A model generated the notes under the pieces. It was not told the DNA's origin. It made no database searches and worked only from the letters and a program-made list of their open reading frames with translations. Positions 25,199 through 36,838 of a stretch of 64,000 nucleotides of DNA are shown in pieces. The stretch's first letter is position 1, and each line of letters begins with the position of its first letter. The position numbers and the translations under genes are program-made. The DNA is from Felis catus (taxonomy: Eukaryota): contig NC_058383.1 in NCBI RefSeq assembly GCF_018350175.1, positions 29,266,001-29,330,000 on the forward strand, in the 5' to 3' direction.

Positions 25199-26439
25199 GA
25201 GACCCTTCTTTTTTATTAAAGGCTTTTATTACCATTCATTTCCCTTCATGTACTGCTTTAGCAGCATAGCATACCCTTTGATATATTGTTTTTATTTTCT
25301 TTCAGTTAAAAATACTTATTTTCTCTTTTGACTTATTTTTTTGACCCACAGTTTATAGTTTCCAAATATTTGGGGATTTTCAAAAGGATCTTCCTTTTAT
25401 CGATTCCTTATTTAATTCCATTGTGGGAGGGGAAGATGTGCCTTTGTAAAAAACGCATATTCTGTTGTTGGGTAAAATGTTTCATATGTATCAAATTGGT
25501 GGCTAGAATTTTAAAATCTTAAAAAAATCCCTACTCAATTTCTTTTGACTTGTTCTATCAGTTGCTGAGAGGATATTAAAATCTCTGTAATTGTGGGTTT
25601 GCCAGTATCTCTTCGAAATTCTGTAATTTTTTGTTTCATGTTGTTTCAATCTGTTAAGTACATAAACAGAATTGTTTTGACTTTTGATGAATTTATCATT
25701 ATGATATGATCTTGTTTATCTCTGGTCCTGTTCTTTGCTCTGAAAATCTTTGAAATTTTGTCTCATAAAAATACAGCCATTTCAAAAAAAATAAATATAG
25801 CCATTTCAATAATTGAGTAGTATTATCCTAGTGTACCTTTTTCTATATGTTTACTTTTAAGCTATACCTGTGTCTTTATAATTGAAGAGTATTTCTTGTA
25901 GGCAGCATAGAGTTAGGTTTGGCTTTTTTAGCCATTCTGAAAATCGCTGCCTTTTAATTGGATTATTTAGACCGTTTACATTTAATAAGACAGTTGATAT
26001 GGATATGTTTATCATATTCCTGTTTGTTTTCTATTCCAGTTAATGATCCTTCAGGAGATTTAAATACTAAGAAAAGTTGTGATATACTTGTATAGTTACT
26101 GTTTCTGGTGCGCTTCATTTCTTTGTGTAGATCCAGAGATGCATCTGGAATCATTTTCCTTTGTTCTGAAGAACTTCCTTTAATATTTCTTGTTGTAAGA
26201 ATCTGTAGGTGATGAATTGTTCCAGCTTTTGCATGTCTGAGGAAATCTTGCCTTCATTTTTGAAAGATAGTTTTGCAGGTAATAGAACCATAGGCTAACA
26301 GCTTTCTTTTCTTCCAGTATTTTAAAGATGGTACTCCATTACCTTCTAGCTTATATTATTTGCAACAAGAAATCTGCCATAATCCATATCTTTGCTCCAT
26401 TATAAATAATGTGTACCCCCTCCTCCCGGCTGCTTAAAC

Positions 26440-28380
26440 AACGTTTAAATAGTGGTAAAACACACATAACATAAATTTTACCATCTTAGATGTATAGGTC
26501 AGTAGTCTTAAGTACATTCAGTTGTGTCACCATAATTATTGTCCATCTCCAGAAATACTTTCATCTTGCAAAACTGCAGCTCTGTACCCACAAAACAATA
26601 AGTCTCCATTGTCCCCTATGACAACCCCTGCTGAGTACCATTCTGCTGTCTAGCTGTGGATCTGAATTGTCTTTCTTTGAACTTTTAAGGCTGAATAATA
26701 TTCCCTTGTATGTATATACCACATTTTGTTTATCCATTCATTCATCAATGGAAATGCGTTTCTTTTACCTTTTTTTGGCTACCATGAATAATTCTCTTAT
26801 GGACAAGGGTGTATGCAAATATCTCTTTAAGATCCTGCTCTCCTGAGTAGATATGCAGAGTAGAATTGCTGGATCATATGGTAATTCTGTTAATTTTTTT
26901 GAGGGAACAGTCAGGTTGTTTTCCATAGTGGCTACACCATTGTACATTCTTATCAACTACACAAGGGTTGCAATGTCTCCAAATCTGCACCCAGCAGTAA
27001 CTGTTATTTTATCCATCCCTCCCTTTCTTCTTTCTCTCTTTCTTCCTTCCTTCCTTCCTTCCTTCCTTCCTTCCTTCCTTCCTTCCTTCCTTCCTTCCTT
27101 CCTTCCTTCCTTCCTTTCTTTCTCCCCCTTCCTCTCTCCCTCCTTTCCTTCTTTCCTTTCTTTCTTTTTAGTATTTATCCTAATGGGTGTGAGAGTATAC
27201 CTCATGGGATTTTGATTTGCATTTCCCTAATGATTATTAATGCTGAACATCTTGTCATGTGCTCATTGACCATTATATACTTTCTTTGGAGAAAAGTCTA
27301 TTCAAGTTGCTTGTTTATCTTAAAATTGGTGGCTTTTTTTGATTGTTGATGAATTATAGGAGTTATTGGTATATTCTGTCAATGTTTGCTTTATATATTT
27401 CATCTGTGATGTGTGCATATGTGTATAGTCATTATATACTTGTGAATTGACCCCTTTATAATTATTTAGTGTCCTTCTTTAGCACTTGTAAAAGTTTTTG
27501 ATTTAGAGTCTATTTTGTCTGATAATAGTGTAGCTGTTCCTGTTCTCTTTTGGGTTTACTACTGGCATGGAATAAGTTTTTCCATCCTTGCACTTTCGGT
27601 CTATGCATGGTCTTGTGTCTGTGGTGAGTCCCTTACAGACAGCATATAACTGGGTCAGTCCTGTTTTTTTAATCCATTCTGTCAAGTTGTGATTTTTAAA
27701 TGAGGAGTTTCATCCATTTGCAGTTAATTACTGACAGGGGAGCACTTAATATTGCCATTTTATTTATTTTCTGTACTTCCTGTGGCTTCTTCTTCATTTC
27801 TATCCTTCCTTCCTGCCTTTGTCTTCAGATGATTTTTTTCTAGTCATGACTAGTTTTGAGTCCCTTCTCATTTCCTTCTATGTATATTCCGTATATATTT
27901 TCTTTGTGGTTACAATGAGGATCACATATAACATCCTAAAGTTATAACAATGTATCTAAATTGGTTACTTCACTTCACTTACATGTAAAAATCCTGTATC
28001 TTTACCTCACTTCCCCCCCTTAGATTATTGATGTCACAGGTTCCATCATATGTTATGAACCCACTAATGTAGATGTAGAATTATTTGCATGATTTTGTCC
28101 TTGATATCCTATGGAGGAGTAAAAAGTGCAGATAAGAACCAAAATGACAACATTACAATTTTTTATTTGTCATATATATACCTTTGCTGGAGAATTTTGT
28201 ATTTTCACATGACTTTGGGTTATTACGGTCTGTTCTTCCATTTCAACTTCAAGGACTCCCTTTAGCATTTCTTGAAGGGCAGGACTAGTGATGTAGTCCT
28301 TCAGCTTTTGCTAATCTGGGGCTGTCTTAATTTCTCCCTCATTTCTGAAGGACAGTTTGTTGTATAATAAAATACTCGGT
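26440..28380 (-). mobile_element. Old L1 fragments (L1MB-like 3' end plus ORF-region pieces)
   Basis: ELPYDPAI motif (26765-26956) and L1 3'-end text. Confidence 0.7.
27041..27116. repeat. (TTCC)n tetranucleotide microsatellite in a polypyrimidine tract (~27015-27170)
   Basis: Read directly. Confidence 0.95.
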
Positions 28381-28399
28381 TGTGTTTTTTTTTAAGGCT

Positions 28400-28823
28400 T
28401 ATTTATTTATTTTTTTTAAATTTTTTTTCAAGGTTTTTATTTATTTTTGGGACAGAGAGAGACAGAGCATGAACGGGGGAGGGGCAGAGAGAGAGGGAGA
28501 CACAGAATCAGAAACAGGCTCCAGGCTCTGAGCCATCAGCCCAGAGCCCGACGCGGGGCTCGAACTCCCGGACCGCGAGATCGTGACCTGGCTGAAGTCG
28601 GGCGCTTAACCGACTGCGCCACCCAAGCGCCCCAAGGCTTATTTATTTTGAGAGTGCGTGAGCATGAGTGGAGGAGGGGCAGAGGGGGAGAGAGAATCCC
28701 AAGCGGGCTTCTGTGCCATTAGCTCGGGGCCTGATGCAGGGCTCTAACTCATGAGCCTTGAGATCAGGACCTGAGCCAAAATCAAGAGTCAGAGGCGTAA
28801 CTTGACTGAGCACCCAGGCACCC
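28400..28823 (-). mobile_element. Young felid Can-SINE (~28400-28633) inserted in the tail of an older Can-SINE (~28640-28823)
   Basis: Duplicated AAGGCTTATTTATTT flanks the young copy. Confidence 0.88.
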
Positions 28824-28859
28824 TTCAGTTGTTTTTTTTCTTTCATCATTTAAATCCAC

Positions 28860-29785
28860 CCGCCAGCTTAATTGAGGTATTGTGGACAAATTAAAATCAT
28901 GTATATTTAAAGGTATACATTGTGATGATTTGATATATATTGTGAAATGATTAGCACAATCAAGCTAATTAACAGACTCATTACCTCACAACGTTCCCAT
29001 ATTTGTGTGTATGTGGTGAGAAAACCAAGACCTACTAAAAAAAAAATTTTACTCTTTTAGCAAATTTCAGGTACATAGTACAGTATGATTAAACACAGTC
29101 ACTGTGTTGTACATTAGATCCCCATAAGCTATTCATCTTATGCCTGAAAGTTCATCTTATACCTTGACCAACATCTCCCTGTTTCTCCTCCCTTGCTGCC
29201 CCTGGCAACCATTATTCTACTCTCCTTCTGTGAGTTTGGCTTTTTTACATTCCACATGTACATGAGCTCATGTGGATTTGTCGGTGTCTGGCTTATTTCA
29301 CTTAGCTTGATGTCCTCCCGTTCATGTATGGTTTTGCAAATGTCAGGATTTCCTTCTTTTTAAAGGTTGAATCCTATTCTGTTGTGTATACACACCACAT
29401 TTGCTTTTTCCATTCATCTGTCGATGGACACTTAGGTTGTTTCCTTATCTTAGCGACTGTGAATAATAATGCAATGAACGCTGGAGTGCAGGTCTCTATT
29501 TTGAGTAGTGATTTTAATTCTCCTGGATGTTTTCCTACAGTGGGATTGCTGGACCTATTGCTAGTTCTAATACATAGTTGTATTTTTAGTGTTTTGAGAA
29601 AACTTGATGCTCTTCTCCATAATTGTACCAACTTACGTTCCCATTGTATAAGGGTTCTGATTTCTCTACATCGTTGCCGATAGCTGTTATCTTTTGACTT
29701 TGTGATAATAGTCCTTCCAACAGGTATGAGGGGGTATCTCAGTATGGTTTTGATTTGCATTTCCCTGATGATTAGTGATTGGAAC
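28860..29785 (-). mobile_element. L1 3' fragment (L1MA/MB-like)
   Basis: [22 protein letters not shown] (ORF 29374-29787). Confidence 0.8.
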
Positions 29786-30430
29786 AATTTTCCACAAAAA
29801 CTTATTCACATAAAAACTTGCACACAGCTATTTACAGCATCTTTATTCACGCTTGGCAGAGCTTGGGAACCGCCCACCAGGAGATGAATTGATTAATAAA
29901 CTGGTACATCCAGACAGTAGAATGTTATTCAGTGCTGAAAGGAGACGAGCTGTCAAGCCCCGAGAAGACATGGAAGAACCTTAAATGCATATTCTGAAGT
30001 GAAAGCAGTCAATCCAAGAAAGGCCTCATATTGTGTGATCTCAACTATATGACACTTTCGAAAAGGGAAACCATGGAGACAGTAAAAAAAAAAAAAAAAA
30101 AAAAAGTGGTTGCCAGAGGTTGGGTTGTGGGGAGAGATGAATAGGAAGACACAGGGGATATTTAGGGCAGTGAAAATACTCCATATGATAGCATGGTGAT
30201 CAATACATGTCATGGTACTTATTTCCAAACCCATAGAATGTACACCACCAAGAGTGAACCCTAGTGTAAACTATGAACTTTGGGTGATAATGGTGTGTCA
30301 GTGTAGGGTCATCAACTGTAACAAATGCACCACTCCAGTGGGGATGTCGGTAATGGTGCAGAGGGTGTATAGAACTCTCTATACCTCCCTCTTAATTTTG
30401 CTGTAAGCCTAAAACTGCTCTAAGAGAATA
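29786..30430 (+). mobile_element. L1MC-like 3' end in opposite orientation
   Basis: aaaaacttgcacac..., aatgtacaccaccaagagtgaaccctagtgtaaactatgaactttgggtgata match the recalled L1MC 3'UTR. Confidence 0.7.
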
Positions 30431-30439
30431 ATTTTTTTT

Positions 30440-32520
30440 TAATTGGTCATAAATATGAGAGTTTATTTCTGGACTCTCAATCCTGTTCCATTGATTTATG
30501 TGTCTATCCTTTTTGTTTTTAATGTTTGTTCATTTTTGAGAGAGAGAGAGAGCACGCAAGCGTGTGCAGGGGAGGGGCAGAGAGAGAGAGGGACACACAG
30601 AATCCAAAGCAGGCTCCAGGCTCTGAGCTGTCAGCACAGAGCCCGACGCGGAGCTTGAACCCACGAGCCATGAGATCATGACCTGAGCACAACTCAGATG
30701 CTTAACCACCTGAGCCATCCAGGTGCCCCATACATATCTAGCCTTATGCTCATATACCAAAGTTTGGATTAATGTAGCTTTGTAGTAAGTTTTAAAGTCA
30801 GGAAGTGTGAGTCCTCCAACTTTATTTTTCTTTCTCGATATTGTTTTGGCTATTCTGGGTACCTTGAATTTCCATATGAATTTTATGATCAGCTCATACA
30901 TTCCAGCAAAGAGTCAGCTGGGATTTGGGTAGGGAGTATATTTAATCTGGAGATCAATTTTTGGAATATTGCCATTGTAAAAATACTAAATCTTCTGATT
31001 CATGAACATGGGATGTTTTTTCATTTATTTGTGTCTCCTTCAGTTGTTTTCTGCACCATTTTATAGTTTTCAGAGTATGTCTTGCACTTACGTTATTAAA
31101 TTTACTCATAAGTATTTTATTCTTTTTGATGCTAATGTAAGTGGAATTGCTTTCTTCATTTTTGGTTTGTTCACTGTTACTGTTTAGAAATACAACAGGG
31201 GCACCTGGATGGCTCAGCTGGTTAAGCGTCTGACTTCGGCTCAGGTCATGACCTCACGGTTCGTGAGTTGGAGCCCCACGTCAGGCTCTGTGCTGACAGC
31301 CTGGAGCCTGCTTCAGATTCTTTGTGTGACCCTCCCTCTCTGCCCCTCCCCCACTCACACTCTGTCTCTCTGTCCCTCTCTCTCAAAAAATAAACATTTA
31401 AAAAAATTTGAAAAAAGAAATGTTAGATTTTTAGTGGGTTCCTTAGGATCGTTTATATACAAGATCCTATCATCTAGTATAAATTAACATAGTTTTACTT
31501 CTTCCTTTCCAGTCTGATGAGTTTTCTTCTCTTTCTTGCACAATTGTCCTGGTTAGAACCTCTGGCACAGTTTCAAATAGAGGTGGTCAAAGTGGTCATC
31601 CTTGTTTTTTCCGTGATCACTGGGGACAAGTATCCAGTCTTTCACAGTTAAGCATCATGTTAGCTGTGGGTTTCGTTTAGATGACCTTTATCAGTTTGAG
31701 AAAATTCACTTCTAGTACTAGTTCATTATGTATTTTTATCACGAGGGTATATTGAATTTTGTCAGATGCATTTTTCATCTGGTATGATTATATAGCTTTT
31801 GTACCTTATTCTGTTGATACTGAGCATTACGTTAATCATTTTCAGATGTTAGACCAACTTTAGATTCCTGAGATATGCCCCACTGGGTCCTGGTGTATAA
31901 TACTTTCTATACGTTGTTGGACTTGGTTTGCTAGTCTTTTTTTTTAAGGTTGTTTGTGTGTATACTCCTAAGCAGTATTGGTCTGTTTCTTTTCTTTTCT
32001 GATGACGTCTTTATTTGGTGTTGGTGTCAGGGTGATACCTAATAGAATGAGTTATTTTTTTCAAAGATGTTTGTGAAAGGTCGGTATTCTTTGAATTTCT
32101 GGTAGAATTTACCACTGTGAAGCCAACTCATTAGTAGTTTTTAAAAACTAATTCACGGGCTCCTGGATGGCTCAGTTTAAGCGTCCAACTTCGGCCCAGG
32201 TCATGATCTCACGGTTCGTGAGTTGGAGCCCCAAGTCGGGCTCTGTTCCGACAGCTCAGAGCCTGGAGCCTGCTTTGGATTCTCTGTCTCCCTCTCTCTG
32301 CCCCTCCCCCATTCGCAATATGTCTCTCTCTCTCTCTCAAAAATAATAAACATTAAAAAATTAAAAAAAATAATTAGTTTTCTGTATTTGTTATAGTCGA
32401 TTCATATTTCTGATTTCTTAATTTTTGATAGTTGTCTCTTTCTAGGAATTTGTTTTATCTAAATTAATTTATTGGTATACAGTTGTATATAGTATTCCCT
32501 AATAACTTTCTTTATTTTAA
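30440..32520 (-). mobile_element. Old L1 ORF2 fragment with nested SINEs
   Basis: [34 protein letters not shown] (ORF 30530-30901). Confidence 0.8.
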
Positions 32521-32629
32521 ACCTTTTTTTACATAAAATATTTCCAATTCACAGAAAAGAATGGGGGAGAATAAAGAAACCAACTGCCAGTAAGCAAATG
32601 TTAATGGTTTTCTATATGGCTATAGAATT

Positions 32630-32851
32630 CTTTTTTTTTTTTTTTCAACGTTTTTATTTTTATTTTTGGGACAGAGAGAGACAGAGCATGAATGGAGGAG
32701 GGACAGAGAGAGAGGGAGACACAGAATCGGAGACAGGCTCCAGGCTCCGAGCCATCAGCCCAGAGCCTGACGCGGGGCTCGAACTCACGGACCGCGAGAT
32801 CGTGACCTGGCTGAAGTGGAACGCTTAACCGACTGCGCCACCCAGGTGCCC
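32630..32851 (-). mobile_element. Young felid Can-SINE
   Basis: Perfect TSD TATGGCTATAGAATTCTT. Confidence 0.92.
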
Positions 32852-33091
32852 CTATGGCTATAGAATTCTTAAAAAGAACAGTGAAGAAATAAAATATTCA
32901 GTATTAATTGAAACTTACTTTATACCTACTACTACCTAATTCCTTTTCTTTCTAGATGTATCCTGAATGTTGAAATTGATCTTAGAAATTGAAAAATTGA
33001 AATCTTGAATCTTTACCAGCCATGTTTTTGTATTTAGTATCTTTGTATACAGAAAACTGCACACAGCATTCTTGTTTTAAAATGTTACTTG

Positions 33092-33420
33092 CAGGTGCCT
33101 GCACGGCTCAGTCAGTTAAGTGTCTGATTCTTCATTTTGGCTCGGTCATGATCTCACAGTTTGTGGGTTCGAGCCCCACACAGAGCCTGCTTAGGATTCT
33201 CTGTCCCCTCGCCCCCCAAATAAATAAACATAAAAATATGTTACTTGACGGGCACCTGGGTGGCTTGATTGGGCGTGTGACTCTTGATTTTGGCTCAGGT
33301 CATGATCTCATGGTTGTGAGATCAAGCCCCATGCCAGGCTCTGTGCTGGGCGTGGAACCTGCTTAAGATTCTCTCTCCCCCTGTCCCTTTACCCCTCTCC
33401 CCTGCAAAAAACAACAAAAA
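33092..33420 (+). mobile_element. Two tandem Can-SINEs at one target site
   Basis: ATGTTACTT occurs three times (~33082, ~33238, ~33422), bracketing both elements. Confidence 0.82.
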
Positions 33421-34054
33421 ATGTTACTTAGGCCTGCTTCATCCTGCACTTTTTTCTCCTAAGCATTTTGAGATTCTCTTACATGGACACATTTGATGTA
33501 AACTGCTTTGTTTAAAAGTTCTCCAATTGAAAGGCATATGGGTTGTTTTTCTCATTGGCTCTGTAAACGACGCTTTAGTGTTGATTCTGGCACCTGTCTG
33601 GGGGCATGGGTGTTTCTCAAGGAGGTAGACCAACAAAGTTAAGTCACAGAGTTTGTATCTCCAACTTGACTAGGTGTTGTAAAATTGTTCTGAAACTCTT
33701 GGGCTTTGGGATGTGCTTTAAGTGGCTACAGAAGTCCCAGCCGTGATAGGCAGTGTTGGACAGGGAGTCACTCATTGCGTGTGGCTTGGCCAGCAGGTTC
33801 ATTTACCACGCCCCAGTCGTGTAATCCAGGTTGTAGCTGGCTGGCCAGGTAAAAGCTGTGCCGTGAATGCCACACACTATTCCTAGGAGTAGCTACTTCA
33901 TAAAATGTGTGAGACTGAGACTTGAGAGACAGCCAGTTGGGGTGAACCCTTTGACGTAAATGAAGTCAGCTGTGATCAACTGAATCTGTAATATATCCTA
34001 ATGGAGATGAAGCGTTGTGGGCACCAAGTCTGCAGAAATAGTCTGGGTTCTGGG

Positions 34055-34250
34055 GTATCAGAAGCGTAGTCTCAGATCCACGCTCTGCTTTCTTTGTAAT
34101 TTTGGGGAAGTCATTCCCCTCCCGGTCCTCAGTTGCCACATCTGTAAAATGGGGGTAATCACAGTTCGTAGCTCACAGACTTGTGGCTAAATGAGGTAAT
34201 ACGCACAAAGTGTTTGGCACCGGGTCTGGGATCTTGCAGCACTGACTAGG
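34055..34250 (+). mobile_element. MIR SINE
   Basis: cctcagttgccacatctgtaaaatgggggtaat core. Confidence 0.8.
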
Positions 34251-34657
34251 TTTCTGTCCATGGTTGCATTCCCATTCACCAGTGCTGCGTACGAGGAGCG
34301 TGCACAGAAGGATTAAGTAGCTTTCCGTCGTAGTACCTTTTTTTGGTCTGCCCATTGTGGCTTCTGTATCTCCAGTGAATGTGATGTCCTGGTCAGCCTT
34401 CCAAGTTGCTTGACATAATTTAAGTAAAGCATATAAAGCTACTGTGTCTCAACAGCTCCGCAGACCTTTCCTAGTGCTTTTTTGTTGTAACAAAACCACT
34501 GTAACTGCACTCTTGGTCTGGAGAACCTCACCGGCAGACAGCTTTGTTGGCCGTTCTGTTTAGCGTGACTTGACTTCCTTGCAGCCGTGAGACAAGGAGC
34601 ACAGAAAAGCCTTCGAAGGCCTATACTGGAGTGTCTGATGGGAATTGCTTTAAATTC

Positions 34658-34693
<36 letters not shown>

Positions 34694-34695
<2 letters not shown>

Positions 34696-34884
34696 AAGTT
34701 TATTTTTGAGAGAGAGAATGAACATGAGAGGGGCAGAGAGAGCCAGAGCCAGAGAATCCCAAGCAGGTTCCACGCTGTCAGCCCCGAGCCTCACCTGGGG
34801 CTCGATCCAAGTCATGGATTGGGAGATCATGACCTGAGCTGAAATTGAGTCAGGTGCTTAACCCACTGAGCCACCCAGGTGCCC
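34694..34884 (-). mobile_element. Can-SINE with adjacent (TG)n microsatellite (34659-34693)
   Basis: SINEC body; duplicated CTTTAAATTCTT. Confidence 0.88.
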
Positions 34885-36832
34885 TAGAAGCACTTTAAAT
34901 TCTTAACTATCAACCTGAATAAAGGCCCCTCCTCCTCATCAGTTAAATTTCAGCTTTGGACACGACGACACTGGCATTTGCTTCCTTGGGGTTTTAGATG
35001 CTTTCGAGTCTACTACGTGTAGCATAGGGTGAGTCCACTGGGGTGACCGCCTGCCGGGCCATCTTCCGTGGTCCCTTCCTGGAATGACCTGTGACACAGT
35101 CCTGCCCGATAAGAGGGTATTCAGAAAGTTGATGAGCATCTTTTGTTTTTTGTCTCATGACACAGTATGTGTATGGTTTCAGTAACTTGCCATAAAAACT
35201 AGCAGAAAAGATGGCCAGGATATCAAAGTGAGGTTTCTTTCTGGAAGCTGAATTTGGTTCAAATTAGCAGCCATCAGACTCCTCAGAAGCTAAGCTACGT
35301 GTGGGAAGAGTGGAGGGGGAATGGTCATTAGGTGACCAGAAACGCTGGAGAGGATCGTGTGGCCACACGAAAGGGTTGGTGGCATGAAGCTGACATCTGT
35401 CACCAAGTTGGGCTTGCCTTGGCTCAGTGTGGCTCAGCGCACTTCCAGCCATCGCTAAGCCTGTGTGTCTGCGCTGAGAGATTTGGTACTCACCTTGATT
35501 CTAGAGCAAATGTGCGTACAGCGTTTGAAAGATGCTCAGGGAGAGCCGTGTCCAGGATCTGAACAGCTTTCCAAGGCCCTGTAGGACCCATCCCCGACAG
35601 AGTGGTCCACAGAAGATGCTGAAGCCCCTAAGGCCTGGGAGCCTGGAGGGCACAGCTGCCTCCTACCTTTCCAGACCTTGTTTCTCAGACTTCCTGTGTG
35701 GAGTGTGTCCTGCGGCCAGACTCCAGCATCTAGCCTGTGGCCGGGTGCAGAGGAGGGTCTCAGCCCAAATCGCTTGTTAACCCTGACCTCACCCAGCCTG
35801 CGCTCTCTGCCCGGAGTGTCCTTTCCGTGTGTAAACACCGTGTCTTGTGTGTACCTAAAGCTCCCTGCTCTGTCCCGTGGCCTCTCCTCAAAGGCCGGGG
35901 CACTTTCGCACGCTCTCATACCGTGTTGTCTCTCCCCGCAGTGTGGGGGGCTGGGGGGACCTTGGCTGGTAACATGGGAAGTGACAATGTTTTAACCCCT
36001 TGGAAGCATCATGTACTTACTGATCTGTTGAGGTGGCTGTCTTGGTCCCTCACCCTCACAGTTAATGACCATCTTGTTGCATTGAGGGAATCAGTGATCT
36101 TGCTTTTTCCCTTCTGTGGCTATTGACACGGGGCCTATTTCATAATCAGGTATCGAAATGGACATTACGGTTTCCATCACATTTGCTCATCACCATTTTA
36201 TTTCCAAAGCAAGGAGGAAAATATAATGCTGTTTTCCTCAAAACTTGATTTTAACCATGGGCTTTTGGGTTAAAAATTAAATGCCATCTTACTAAAAGAA
36301 TACCTAATCCTAAAGACATTTTGTATGGTCTATAAAAACACCTTGTAGTGTTTTGTTTTGTTTTGTTTTTTTTAAACTTGGTCAAATTGAAGGATTATCT
36401 GGGTCTTTCAGGAATTTTGTTGGTGCATTTCCTGCGATCAAAGTGTGCGCGTTTTCACTGTCCACGGATGTCCACATCAACCTCCCTGGGGGGATCCAGG
36501 TACTTGATCCTATCTTCCCGTCAATGTTTCCTTAGAAGAATAAACATGGCTTTGGTGTAAATCTTGCCATGTTCAGGTTCGGCCAGTCCTGATTTCTGTC
36601 TTGTCTCCCATGTTCCTGGACTTGGGGGAGGGTGGCCCACTTGGCCTGTGAGCTAGAGTTCACCTCGGTGAGGCTACTGGTTTCGTCTGCGGCCAGGTGC
36701 TGTGAGGTGTGTGTTTGAAGGTGGGGTCTCCTCCAAACTCCGTGCCCGCACCCAGCTCTGCGGTGGCTCTCCCGACCCGTAGGGTGTGGCCCTCCCTCTG
36801 CACAGCAAGAACCACAGTACATCAAAATGTTT

Positions 36833-36838
36833 TTTATT
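36833..36838 (-). terminator. Probable MRTFB polyadenylation signal AATAAA (alternatives at 37118-37123 and 36197-36202)
   Basis: Minus strand reads ...ttttttgtgtctcaAATAAAaaacattttgatgtactgtggttctt. UGUA elements lie upstream and GU-rich sequence downstream. Confidence 0.7.

Larger units (their letters stand above)
17000..26420 (-). mobile_element. Old L1 (L1M-type), fragmented, interrupted by SINEs and by the younger L1
   Basis: Degenerate L1 3'UTR/ORF2 sequence (e.g. YKAMVIKTVWNWYKNRQRDQ at 18580-18852) continues on both sides of the 20765-25198 insertion. Confidence 0.75.
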
